A DNA stretch of 63,650 nucleotides, filler included, from Octopus bimaculoides (taxonomy: Eukaryota), in NCBI RefSeq assembly GCF_001194135.2. It is 5 parts of 5 records of this genome, joined end to end, with 100 filler letters (N's around TTAATTAATTAA, not from the genome) between each part and the next. Parts side by side here need not be neighbours in the genome. Positions count along the whole stretch, not along the records: positions 1 to 10,710 come from NC_068988.1; positions 10,811 to 26,195 come from NC_068986.1; 3 more parts are not named here. One strand, 5' to 3'. Of the stretch, positions 1-11,914 are shown in pieces (within the stretch, counting starts at the first letter, position 1; every line of letters begins with the position of its first letter). Under the pieces are notes generated by a model. It ran no database searches, had not been told where the DNA came from, and saw only the letters and a program-made list of their open reading frames with translations. A program made the translations under genes and the position numbers.

Positions 1-1084
1 TATATATATGTATGTATGTTTGTATGTATGTATGTATGTATGTATGTAGGTATGTATATACATAAAACACACACACACACACATAGAATGTTTGGGCTAA
101 GTTTGACGATTTATATATCTCTCCTGTTTTCAGGAACAGCTTGATGTATAGGTTAACAATCAACGGCGTTAGAGAGCATAAAGGTTAAAGCTGAAATCGA
201 GAAAAATTTAGGTGACATAGAGGACTGGACGCCATCTGAATATTGAAAAAGAGCTACCTCTGTCTTAATGATTCGCACCAAGGAATTAAAGCTATCTAGC
301 CTCTAAGGTAATTATGTTGATAGAAAAGAAGAGGAAAAACGTACGTGTATTGTAACGACTGTAGACGCATATAGATAGATGCTATGTGTGTTGATTTTGC
401 TTGCATTTGGACCTAGGGAAGAATCTAAAGGTGCGAAAGAACTTATGCTTAAATGTAGAAAATGCTTCATGTTGTTTATTGAGTAATTGCAGTGAATTAT
501 GAATTTATATTTGGAGGGCTTCTATCGGGCAAAGTCCACATGTGGAGCGCTGGTTTTGGTATGGGACACCAGAATCTATCATGGCCCAGGATATCCAATA
601 TCCTCAAACAGAGATAACCAACAATGCGTCCTGCAACTCTACTCTAGCAAATACTATAGATTATACTTCCCCTAAATTACCTAATAAAAGCGGGGGAAGA
701 TCGATTCTCTGGTTCACACCTTCATTTGTTTTAAACGTCAAGGGCTTAGCCAAAACCTCTTTTTCATATTGCAGACTCTAACTTCCCACGTCACCTTAAG
801 TACCATTCAAACTTCAACAAATCTACTCTGAAATTATCCTACTCCTATCCGCCCAATATAAAATCCATTGTTACCTCATCCAATAAGCGTAAACTCAATT
901 CCTGTTACCTAAATATATGTAATTATAATATAGGTCAATACAGCGAAAACAATGACACCGAACATGATAGCATAAACTACACCCGTAACCATAGCACTGT
1001 AACCAGTATAAACCAGGATACGAACATCCCCGCTTCCGAGGAATGTCGGAGTACAGCTAAAACAAATGTTAATACTAATAGTAC

Positions 1085-1110
1085 TACTATTACTAACGCT
1101 GACTCTAATG

Positions 1111-1149
<39 letters not shown>

Positions 1150-1170
1150 GATAATGATAATAATAATGAA

Positions 1171-1216
<46 letters not shown>

Positions 1217-1234
1217 TTTATGATGATGATGATG

Positions 1235-1296
<62 letters not shown>
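1085..1296 (+). repeat. Compound trinucleotide microsatellite (ACT)n(GAT)n(AAT)n inside the PLE linker
   Basis: Read directly; gives poly-T/poly-D/poly-N in ORF 1066-1668. Confidence 0.95.
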
Positions 1297-1703
1297 CAAT
1301 CCCCTAACACCACCCTAAACTTTATCTTGTCCATAAATAGTGCAGCATCTTCCCTCTCCACAACTAATCCAAGTAAAACAGATGGCTGCAACTGCCGGTC
1401 CGGAACCGAATGCCCGTTACAAGCCCATTGCAGAAGGTTTAACGTAGTATACAAATGCATTGTCCACAACATATTATATAATTCTACTAGCTATTACATC
1501 GGATCTACTATTAATTTTAAGCAGAGATTTTCTGCACATCTAAACTTATTTAAATATAAAGAGCATAGCAAATCCACGTCCCTAGCCAATCACATGCACC
1601 ATCTGATAACTAGGAAAGTACAATATAGGATATTCTGGGCCGTAACAGATTCTGGTGTCCCATACTAATGTAGATTTTGCCTAAAAGAAGCCCTCCAAAT
1701 ATT

Positions 1704-1918
1704 CTTTTCTACTTTAGGCGCAAGGCCTAAACTTGGGGGGGGGGGAAGGTCGATTAGATCGACCCCAATAAGCAACTGGTACTTAATTTATCGATCCCGG
1801 AAGGATGACAGGCAAAGTCCACCTCAGTGGAATTTGAACTCAGAACGTAAAGACAGACGAAACGCCGCTAAGCATTTTGCCCGGCGTGCTGCTAACGTTT
1901 CTGCCACCTCGCCGCCTT
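1704..1918 (-). mobile_element. tRNA-derived SINE (family A; GCCTTTCATCCTT..GGTCGATAAA..AGTACC core) with 16-bp TSD
   Basis: TSD AAGCCCTCCAAATATT at 1688-1703 and 1919-1934. B-box-like GAGTTCAAATTCC on the minus strand; related copies elsewhere in the window. Confidence 0.9.
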
Positions 1919-2785
1919 AAGCCCTCCAAATATTAATCCATAATTCACCGCAATTACTCAATAAACAACACGAAGCATTTTCTACATGTGAGCATAAGTT
2001 CTTTCGTACCTTTAGATTCTTCCTTAGGCCCAAATGCAAGCAAAAGCAACACACATAGCACTTGCCTGTATGCGTTTACAGTCGTTACAATATACGTACG
2101 TCTTTCGTTATCTTCTCTATCGCATAAGTACCTTAGAGGTTGGCTAGCTTTAATTCCTGAAGTTTTAATCTTTAATTTTAAATTTTAATTTAACTTTTAA
2201 CTTTAACTTTTAAATTTTAATTCTTTGAATTTGTATCCTTTATCCATTTAATTGTAGTTTTATTCTATATATAAACATCCTTAAGCTAGGCATCTATTTT
2301 TAGTTATACCTACTGACCATTGACCACACCTAACCTACGTTTCATCCTCCTCCACTTTACCAAAACCTTGATTACGAAGAAGTGGCTTCTTATCTCTAAC
2401 TTTATTCTTTTTCTTCTTCCTTTTTTTAAATTTTTTTCTTTTTATTTTGATTTTTGATTTTCGATTTTCGATTTTACTTTACTTTCGTTCTCATTCATTC
2501 TTACCCGCATCTATCCCATTCCTGTCTTTTCTCTCCTTTTTCTCTCTTTCTCCATCTTTTCTCTCTTTCTCCTCTCTCTCTCTTGAATCCACTCACTCAC
2601 AACTCGATTCTGTCTATCTTGATATCTGTCTTTCTCACTCTATATACCCACGCGGACCATTTCCATAGTAACTAACAACTTCAACATGAATGCATCATAT
2701 ATATATATAAATATATCTTAATTGTAAATACAAGATGTTTACGTCAGCGAATGTACCGGATGGGGGTGACGATATAATAGTATAA

Positions 2786-2859
<74 letters not shown>

Positions 2860-2913
2860 NNNNNNNNNNNNNNNNNNNNNNNNNNNNNNNNNNNNNNNNN
2901 NNNNNNNNNNNNN

Positions 2914-2969
<56 letters not shown>

Positions 2970-3524
2970 CATGCGATTTAGACATTTGGAATTTTGAAAA
3001 AATTCTCAGTATATATATCATTGAAGATAAAACCAACCTCATAGATGTAACATGACAGAAACTATTGTTTGGAAACGAAATTTACAGTGAGTTTCCTCCT
3101 AGAATTATATATTCGCTCACGTAAACATCTTGCGTTTACAGTTAAGATATAACCCACAAGCAAACAAGGGTGACAGTATCCACTCGGTCTGCAAAAAAGA
3201 AAAAAAGGTGACAGTGATATAACCATTAAATCGAACTTAATGATTATAATAAATAAATATTGATTATTTGAAAAAAAGACTGCTTTACTGGATAATGCAG
3301 TATGAAAATAAGTTTATCGTGTTTCAGATGGAATGTCTCTCATAGTAATTCTTCCAAATCAGCGCTTCCAACAACAATAACAGGAGCGTTTCTCAAAGAA
3401 GTAAAATAATGTAGCCATAAAAATGACAATTATAAATAATAGAATATATCTATATTATGAATATGATATAGTGTTTTTAAAATTATCTAATTGAAAAAAT
3501 AATTAACTAATTACAAATCCAACA

Positions 3525-3690
3525 GGTTTTAATATTGGTTTCAAATTTTGCCACATGGCCAGCAATTTTTGCGGAAGGTTAGCAATTTTTGAGTCGATTA
3601 CATCGACCTCAGTGTTCAACTGGTACTTATTTTATCAATCCTAAAACAACTGGTACTCATTTTCTCTATCTCAAAATAACTGGTACTTTA
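3525..3690 (-). mobile_element. Decayed SINE family A fragment
   Basis: GTCGATTACATCGACC..AACTGGTACTTATTTTATC matches the other copies. Confidence 0.65.
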
Positions 3691-4207
3691 TCGACAGGCC
3701 TTAAGTTTAATATTGTCAATTATTTTCATTTTGTTTTTCATAAAAGTTAATCATTTGACAAGGTCAACCAATCAGAGCTTTTCTTGAGTGTCATCTGCTT
3801 TATTATCATATAAAGCTGAGAGGCAATGGCTGGCTGACTTTACCTCCTCTATAGAAGTACAGCGATTAATATTAGTAGTCATTAAGGCAGCGAGCTGGCA
3901 GAATCGCTAGCACGCTTCGAGAATATATTTCATTTCTAACATCGTATATAGTACGCACTAGAAGTTTTGACCTTTAAATTTTGGGAAAAAGTTCGGATTA
4001 TACTCGAGGATTTACCGGATATATATACATACGCGTACATATACGTATGTATGTATGGATGTGTGTATGCATACATGTTGATATTTATATAGTTATATAT
4101 GTATACGTGCGCAGGTATATATATATATATATATATTTTTGCATTTCATTTTCTCTCAATATTATTCGAGTTTATCGCTCAAATTATTTGAAAATTGCCA
4201 ATGTTTA

Positions 4208-5469
4208 GGGGAGACCGGGTCTAGTTGTTACATTTGTGTTTTTATTCTTTTGCCTTGGCACCCATATAAATGAACACACCTGAAGTTTCTTTTCAGATTT
4301 AATTAGTAAAACGTCTCTATTGTTATTACCAGCAAAAAGCAGAAATTACATAACATTAATTAGACAGGTTCTAATTAATGAGGTGGTGTGAGCTGTAACA
4401 ATTTTCCCCGAGTGCGGGGTACGTTGTGGCACTTACTGAGGTACTGTGTTACAATGTCGATAACTCGGGATTATGTTAACAAACAAGTTTAAAATGAATA
4501 TGTCACCTGCTTCTTGCATCTAGGAAGTATTATTTTCATTAATTAACTGTGCTTTGAACCACCTCATATCCTGACTGTGATACTGAGAGTCCTCATCAGC
4601 CAATTCCCCCATTGTTACCTGTGCTATCTAGTCGGAATCGTCCTCCATTAACTTCTCACCACACAGATCACACAGAAAGTCCTGTCGTCCATCGGAACAG
4701 TCAGTGTGCCTAGTCTTTACAGATAATGCATTGCACCCATTCTTCACCTGGAAGGGAGTTGGAATACCAATCTGAGCAGACAAAGCATTTCCAATCGGCG
4801 ACTTGCTTGCTGCGAGGTTGCTTCCCTTTGCCTTTACCTGTTTTAGTTGATTTTCCCTTCCCCTTTGTTGCCTTCTCTGTACCAGTTGCCTTCTTTGGTT
4901 TGGATTTCCATTCGTCTATTTCATCCACTATGCGCTGTTTTACGGCAACATCCCGTAATGATTTCTTTTCATCCATAACTTTTCTGGCGGCTCTTTCCGT
5001 GACATCAGGAGGAGTATCCTACCTTGTAGTCTTCTTTTTGTAATTTCTAGGCATGGCATGTTAAACTGAAACAGAAGGGTAAGTTGTTACATGCCTAGGG
5101 CAAGTTGATACACTGTAACAATTAGCTCCGACCATGGATTTTGGGGGATTACCTCGTACACAGCACTAGCAATGCATGGCATCCAGGACACACCTTCATG
5201 TATCGAAGGCAACTTCCAACACTTCCTAATGAGCCACAAACTACTTCAGTTACACCTCTTGTGCTTCAGTCATTAAGGAAATAACTTTGTAGCAAAATTT
5301 CACTTTTGGAGTAAAAAATCGTTTTTTGAGCCATACCTTTCCTGGTGACAGCCCGCCAGTGCAATACACATGTGCAGTCATGATGCTATGGAGTTGGCCT
5401 TCACGACGTAGAGTTGGAAACAATGGGCTTGTAACAACATACCCGTGTAACAACTAGACCCGTCTCCTC
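4208..5469 (-). mobile_element. Internally deleted pogo/Tigger-like DNA transposon (HTH N-terminus fused to C-terminal PHD finger, DDE missing)
   Basis: TIRs GGGGAGACCGGGTCTAGTTGTTACA (4208-4232, preceded by TA) and TGTAACAACTAGACCCGTCTCCTC (5446-5469). Minus frame from ATG 5054: MPRNYKKKTTR*DTPPDVTERAARKVMDEKKSLRDVAVK joined to a Lys-rich segment and WKCFVCSDWYSNSLPGEEWVQCIICKD*AH-DCS..FLCDLC. Confidence 0.85.
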
Positions 5470-5849
5470 TGTCATTCATTGATGTTGAATTTTTATGAAG
5501 CATTACAGAAAGCATTTTAATTCACACTACACGAAAAACAAACTTTCAGATCAAAAGTAAGTTTCATAGGTACTATGGCCAAAACTCACGTTTTTTCGTT
5601 ACCTTTCTAAGTTTTTACCAATTAAAATATAACTGTGTATACACTCATGCATGAGTTTTGTTTTATGTTTTTGTCCTGCTAAACCCAAACAGAACCATAC
5701 ATATGTACACACATATATGTCTATATATAAAGATATCATATGCTTTCAAGTTCAATAATTTTCCCACGCATATCGATATCCTTTACATATATATGCATTC
5801 ACCCTCCACGCCTATCACTGTTCATGAGCGAAAATATGTTTTCTTCATT

Positions 5850-7410
5850 AATGTAGCTATATCCAGTTATACAAAATGAATGCAGCAGACGACATATTCG
5901 AGAGCTTCAGAGTTATCGTCTAAAATATAGCCATGGCTGCCATAAATACTTGAGGATTAGCCTTTTTCTTCTATCTACGCCATAGTTCTCGCTGATTTTT
6001 TATAATGCGTTCCTCTTTCAACGATTTTTTTTTTGTGTGTTTCGAGGCTTTTTCAGCCAATGGTTTGCGATATCTCGAAAGCCTTTGTTGGATTTCTTTA
6101 CTAATGTTTCTTAACAAATAGGTGACGATGTTAAAATGAGTGAAACAAAGGTTTGTTAATTTCTGCTTTGTGTATGATGTCCTCTGCACTGAGGATCCAT
6201 ATAGCATGTACGCACTGGTGGTTGTACATGAACTATCGGTCTCAGTAGCGGGGAAGATAAACTTATCTTAAAGTTACGTGTGATGGATAGGTTCTTATAA
6301 CTATGGCAATTAGAGAAGTGTCCATCAATTAAATTTAGGAAGGTTTTTGACATCTTCGATTAGTGGTAAGCGAATAAGAAACTGTAATCCAAATGATATT
6401 GCATATTTTCTTTTTTATGAATTCGGGGTTAATGTTTTCGTTCGCTTGAAAGATATTACAGTAATGAATTTCCCTGTCAATATCTTAAAATAGCTGCAAA
6501 ATACCTCTTCGTATATTCTTGATAAGATTTTTAAATGCTTCCAGTTAAGCGGCATAAACCTGTATGTATATAAATTAGCTCTTCATTTGGTTATCTAAAT
6601 GGTATGAAGTATTTAAACCTGGTGATATTCTGGAAATTCAGTTCCTTTAAACTTACGGCTAAAGTGGATTTAAGGCTGAAAGTACTAAATATTTGGATGA
6701 TAACTTTCCTTAGTGTATCTAGCGTATTGATATTGACATTTTTGGAGATAGACAAAGTCTACTGAGAAAAAATTATTACTTAATTTGTCCGAAATATATA
6801 ATCCTATAAGATGGTATATGTCCGTCATATCGAACTAACCCATACTTACATGAAAGGAATCGTTCGTGTCTGATCTCTTAACGCAGACAGACTTCTTTCC
6901 AACACGTGAAAAGCTTCTTAGCGTGCATTAAAATTTTTATATCATTATTGTTGTTGGTATATATATTTCAGTAAAAACTAATTCTTTGTTTCTGTTATGC
7001 CAAGCTGGTTAAATTTTGCAATGTGTTTTTTTACTATTATCAAACCAAATTATAAGTCTACCACTATTATTCTACAGGTCGAAATTAGTAGCTTTTCTAA
7101 TGATATTATTCTTTATTAAACTTTTATGCTAAGAAATCCGATCTCGGATTTAGCTGAATTTATTAAACTACAGCTAGGGTTAAACACAAAATTAGATCTA
7201 TGTCCATAGAGCGTGATAAAATCTTTAATCTGTCATCAATTTAAAGTTTTATCATTATGTCTTTTATTTCTGTATTTATGTCGGCTAGCTCCCAGTTTCA
7301 TATGTAGGCTATTGTCAATTTAAAGAACGTTTAGCTTCATAAGAAAGATCAGAATATTTTAGATATTTTTGACATTTTTAACTTTAGATTTGAGATTGTT
7401 TTGGAAAGAA
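5850..7410 (-). mobile_element. Penelope-like retroelement, decayed RT + linker + EN remnant
   Basis: Minus-strand pieces: FITLYGHRSNFVFNPSCSLINSAKSEIG, ILMHAKKL, FHVSMG*FDMTDIYHLIGLYI, LDTLRKVIIQIF, PFR*PNEELIYIH, NIIWI, TFLNLIDGHF. These match PLE RT/thumb motifs; many stops and frameshifts. Confidence 0.85.
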
Positions 7411-8298
7411 TTAAACACGCACGTGTACGCACGCGCACACACACACAACTTTACTTGTTTCGGCTAAAGGCTATGACTTCGTCAGGGCACCGCCATTGCT
7501 ATGATTATTTGCTTATTTCATTGCATTTCCACACCCATCTCTGGTTTTGGTAAATGTGAGAATTAATGTTGCCCTCAGTTGCATTCTTTGCCATGCTATG
7601 GGACAAAATCTCATCTGATTATTCAGTACATCAACATCGACGCCTCGTAGATCTCAAAGCTGTTTTGGTAAGGTGTGAAAAAACTGCAGTCCCCCTGAAA
7701 CCTAAGCTGTTACAGCATTGGGTTCTGACTGTAGATCGAGACAGCGAAATTTTTGGTACTATGAGGTTCGAGGGTTGGTATTGCGTTTAAGTTCAAAGTT
7801 AGGTGTTATATATAAGCTTTTAGAGTCTCTATTCCATAACTTTGAGGTTGAAAGCAATACAAACCCACGAATTGGAATTCACTGCATAGTACCGAAGGTG
7901 TGACTCTCTCGATATCAAATGCACACACACACACACACACACACGCACACACACACACACACACACACGCACGCACGCACAAACGTGCACGTTCAGTCCC
8001 ATACACAAAGTCAAAGAAATCAAACCAAGAAACCGTTTATGATATCTATCCCTTTTGAAAAACATATTCCCTAGCATGTCTGTGTGCGCCTGTGTGTGTG
8101 TGTGTGTGTGTATGTATGTGTGTGTGTGTGTGTGTGTGTGTATGAGTGTGTGTGTGTGTGTGTGTGTGTAATCGCATTCAAATAACTGAAAACAGGTAAA
8201 ACAGCGCCGTTGTGCTCCAGCATGACCGTAGCAGCATGGCTGAAACGAATAAAAGAATAAAAGAATATATATGTATGTATGTATGTATGCATGTATAT

Positions 8299-8355
8299 AC
8301 TAGCGGAGATACCCAGCGTTGCTCAGTATTAAAATAGTATAGTTTTTTATTGCTT
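8299..8355 (+). mobile_element. 5' end of Helitron-like non-autonomous element
   Basis: ACTAGCGGAGATACCCAGCGTTGC resembles the ACTAG..CCCG..GC starts of Lep1/HINE-type elements. Confidence 0.45.
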
Positions 8356-8369
8356 TAATTGGTTAGGTC

Positions 8370-8560
8370 GAATGAGTGCGGCCATGCTGGAGCACCGCCT
8401 TTAGTCGAAAAAATCAATCCCAGAATTTATTCTTTGTAAGCCCATTACTTATTCTACGGTGTGTTTTGCCAAACGGCTAAGTTACGGGAACGTAAACACA
8501 GAACAATCGGTTGTCAAGCGATGGTGGGGGACAAACAAAGAAACACACACGCACGAAAGC
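8370..8560 (-). mobile_element. SINE family B, 3' part
   Basis: GCGGCCATGCTGGAGCACCGCCTTTAGTCG..CTAAGTTACGGG matches full copies at 27626 and 28557. Confidence 0.8.
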
Positions 8561-8725
8561 ACACACAAACACACACACATACACACACACACATACACAC
8601 ACACACATACACACACACATACACACACACACACATATACATATATATATATATATGTACATATATACATACATATACAATGCATACATATATATATACA
8701 TATATATACACAAATATAAATATAA

Positions 8726-8762
<37 letters not shown>

Positions 8763-10092
8763 TACATATATATACATGTATATATATATATATACATATA
8801 TATACATATGCATATATATATACATGTTTATATACATGTATATATANNNNNNNNNNNNNNNNNNNNNNNNNNNNNNNNNNNNNNNNNNNNNNNNNNNNNN
8901 NNNNNNNNNNNNNNNNNNNNNNNNNNNNNNNNNNNNNNNNNNNNNNNNNNNNNNNNNNNNNNNNNNNNNNNNNNNNNNNNNNNNNNNNNNNNNNNNNNNN
9001 NNNNNNNNNNNNNNNNNNNNNNNNNNNNNNNNNNNNNNNNNNNNNNNNNNNNNNNNNNNNNNNNNNNNNNNNNNNNNNNNNNNNNNNNNNNNNNNNNNNN
9101 NNNNNNNNNNNNNNNNNNNNNNNNNNNNNNNNNNNNNNNNNNNNNNNNNNNNNNNNNNNNNNNNNNNNNNNNNNNNNNNNNNNNNNNNNNNNNNNNNNNN
9201 NNNNNNNNNNNNNNNNNNNNNNNNNNNNNNNNNNNNNNNNNNNNNNNNNNNNNNNNNNNNNNNNNNNNNNNNNNNNNNNNNNNNNNNNNNNNNNNNNNNN
9301 NNNNNNNNNNNNNNNNNNNNNNNNNNNNNNNNNNNNNNNNNNNNNNNNNNNNNNNNNNNNNNNNNNNNNNNNNNNNNNNNNNNNNNNNNNNNNNNNNNNN
9401 NNNNNNNNNNNNNNNNNNNNNNNNNNNNNNNNNNNNNNNNNNNNNNNNNNNNNNNNNNNNNNNNNNNNNNNNNNNNNNNNNNNNNNNNNNNNNNNNNNNN
9501 NNNNNNNNNNNNNNNNNNNNNNNNNNNNNNNNNNNNNNNNNNNNNNNNNNNNNNNNNNNNNNNNNNNNNNNNNNNNNNNNNNNNNNNNNNNNNNNNNNNN
9601 NNNNNNNNNNNNNNNNNNNNNNNNNNNNNNNNNNNNNNNNNNNNNNNNNNNNNNNNNNNNNNNNNNNNNNNNNNNNNNNNNNNNNNNNNNNNNNNNNNNN
9701 NNNNNNNNNNNNNNNNNNNNNNNNNNNNNNNNNNNNNNNNNNNNNNNNNNNNNNNNNNNNNNNNNNNNNNNNNNNNNNNNNNNNNNNNNNNNNNNNNNNN
9801 NNNNNNNNNNNNNNNNNNNNNNNNNNNNNNNNNNNNNNNNNNNATATATATATATATATATACATATGTACATGTACATCTATGCATATACATCTATACA
9901 TATGCATGTATACATATACACGTATACATATATAGCTATATATATATCCACATACATATATATGTGCAGATGTATATACACATATATACATGCATATATA
10001 TATATATATATGTGTGTATATATATGTTTGTGTGTGAGTGTGTGTATCTATGTACGTATTTATATGAGATAATAGTTTCCGTTTTGACACTT

Positions 10093-10312
10093 AATACTGA
10101 AATACTGAAATAGTGTAAGAGATAAGAGGTTGCTCCGGGCTCGCATTAGGCAAGACGTTGATAATTTTTCGGCCCATGACATTGCATCGATCTTAAGTAA
10201 GGCATGTGTAAAATTTGATTGAAATCGGTTAGGTAATTCTCGAGTTTTAGTGATGCACACATACGTACAGACACACACATATACACTCTCAGTTTCATAT
10301 ATATATATATAT
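10093..10312 (+). mobile_element. 3' part of Helitron-like (Lep1/HINE-type) non-autonomous element
   Basis: AAATTTGATTGAAATCGGTT..TTCTCGAGTTTTAG..CACACATAC..CTCAGTTTCATATATAT; homologous copy at 25091-25266. Confidence 0.55.
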
Positions 10313-10710
10313 ATGGTGCTCCCATGGTGGTGCTCCACTACGATGGTGCTCCACCACGATGGCGCTCCAGGGTTAAAATTAATGAAAAGGTTGATTTCTG
10401 TAGTTATTATCAGTGTATTTTGGCGATTTAGATAAGAGTTTTGACTGTTATTTCTAGCAGGTTGGCATACTTAGTATTCCTTTGATTAATTTTAATCCTT
10501 CAGCTATTTAATGCTTTTGGTGGGTGGGCCTGCAATCTCCTATATAATTGATTCTGTTATTATCATTTTTAAATTGTTACACCAAATAATAATAGAATCA
10601 ATGATATCTTCGCAAATTATTTTCCCGAGAGTTAGTTGCAACGCTGACTTCAACATGACGGGTTGAGGCTCTCTATCATGATAACGCGTGTGGAGGGAGG
10701 TGAGGCTATT

Positions 10711-10810
10711 NNNNNNNNNNNNNNNNNNNNNNNNNNNNNNNNNNNNNNNNNNNNTTAATTAATTAANNNNNNNNNNNNNNNNNNNNNNNNNNNNNNNNNN
10801 NNNNNNNNNN
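10711..10810. other. Assembly join spacer: 100 bp of N with TTAATTAATTAA at 10756-10767
   Basis: Identical construct at 26196-26295, 33385-33484 and 61772-61871; the 12-mer gives stops in all six frames. Confidence 0.9.
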
Positions 10811-11099
10811 ATATATATATATATATATATGTGAATATATTTATATATAAATATATGCATAAGGAATGTATGTATTATAGTGGTATGTGAGGTTATTTTG
10901 AATCATGTAACAGTTAAACCATATATATATATATATATATATGTCATTATAATTAAGGGTACAGAAAAGGCACAACTATGCCAGTATATCTGTATGTATG
11001 TATGTATGTATGTATGCATGCATGCATGTATGCGTGTGTGTATGTATAGGAAAAGAGACAGACAGAGACAGAGAGATGCACTACATACAAAGAAACATA

Positions 11100-11334
11100 C
11101 AGAGTGACCCAAAAGTAGGCTTACAGTTATTCAACTATCTCTTTCCCATTCATATATTAACAGTTTACATCTTAATTATAAAAAAATAAGAAACCATTAT
11201 TCTGTGCTAATTTCGTTAATTTTGTCAAGCTCCCTTTTCAGTTTGTATGTTAGAAATTTAAATGTAATAAAATGTTTTAAAAGAAATTTAAAGTGCCTAC
11301 GTGATAACTGTAAACCTACTTTTGGGCCACCCTG
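11100..11334. mobile_element. Tc1/mariner MITE (rosa-type TIRs), TA TSD
   Basis: TA|CAGAGTGACCCAAAAGTAGGCTTACAGTTAT ... ATAACTGTAAACCTACTTTTGGGCCACCCTG|TA; both ends match the element at 15143-15640. Confidence 0.88.
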
Positions 11335-11914
11335 TAATAACCCAACTCAGCATTCATCACCTTGTGTACTCTACCTGAGAAGCAAATAGTTCTCTTTGTC
11401 ACTGAGAGAATAACATGTTTTAAGCCTGTAGCATCTCATGTTAACTTTTAAGGAATGCCTAGCATTACATTATTCGTAATCTGTTCTACATTATTTCTAC
11501 TTAATCAAATTGAATACTGATAAAATTTATAGATAAAATAGCAGAAGAAATCAAAAACTTACATTAAATTCATCAACAGGTATTAATGGAGAATTTTGTC
11601 TAAGTCACATTAGTCTTAGTTAAGTTTGTTGAGTAGGTGGTAAACAATTTGAATAATTTGATGCTACTGTTCTATATTCAGTATAATAAATTTGTTACAG
11701 TGACTGCAAATAAAGAAAACATGGTCTAGTTGATTTACCTTCCCAGTTTTGTGCGAACATAGTTTCAACATGTATGTATAAGTATTGGATCAGGACAATG
11801 CGTAGAAAAAAAAGAACAAAATTAACAGGAGTAGGGAAGATGAGATTAAGCATTTCTGTAATATATGTTTTTTTTAATATATTTATTGAATACAGCTTTT
11901 CTTACCTGTATAGG

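Larger units (their letters stand above)
580..2030 (+). mobile_element. Penelope-like retroelement fragment (RT thumb/linker + GIY-YIG endonuclease), decayed
   Basis: Frameshifted translation gives RSILWFTPSFVLNVK (~695), NFPRHLKYHSNFNKSTLKLSYSYPPNIKSIV (~780) and CNCRSGTECPLQAHC..NVVYKC..YYIGSTINFKQRFSAHL..STSLANHM..W (1375-1665). After a stop it reads CRFCLKEALQIL, then past a SINE LLNKQHEAFSTCEH. These match motifs of invertebrate PLEs with a C-terminal GIY-YIG. Confidence 0.88.

Noticed and set aside
134-307. Coding exon bounded by TTTTCAG and GTAATT
   Set aside because: Stops in all three frames.
2788-2968. (CA)n-gap-(TG)n inverted repeat (also at other gaps)
   Set aside because: Orientation flips across gaps are probably assembly artefacts of collapsed microsatellites.
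8461-10113. Long ORFs in the track (also 20992-22278, 29727-30734, 59734-60426 and others)
   Set aside because: Open only because they cross N gaps and dinucleotide repeats.
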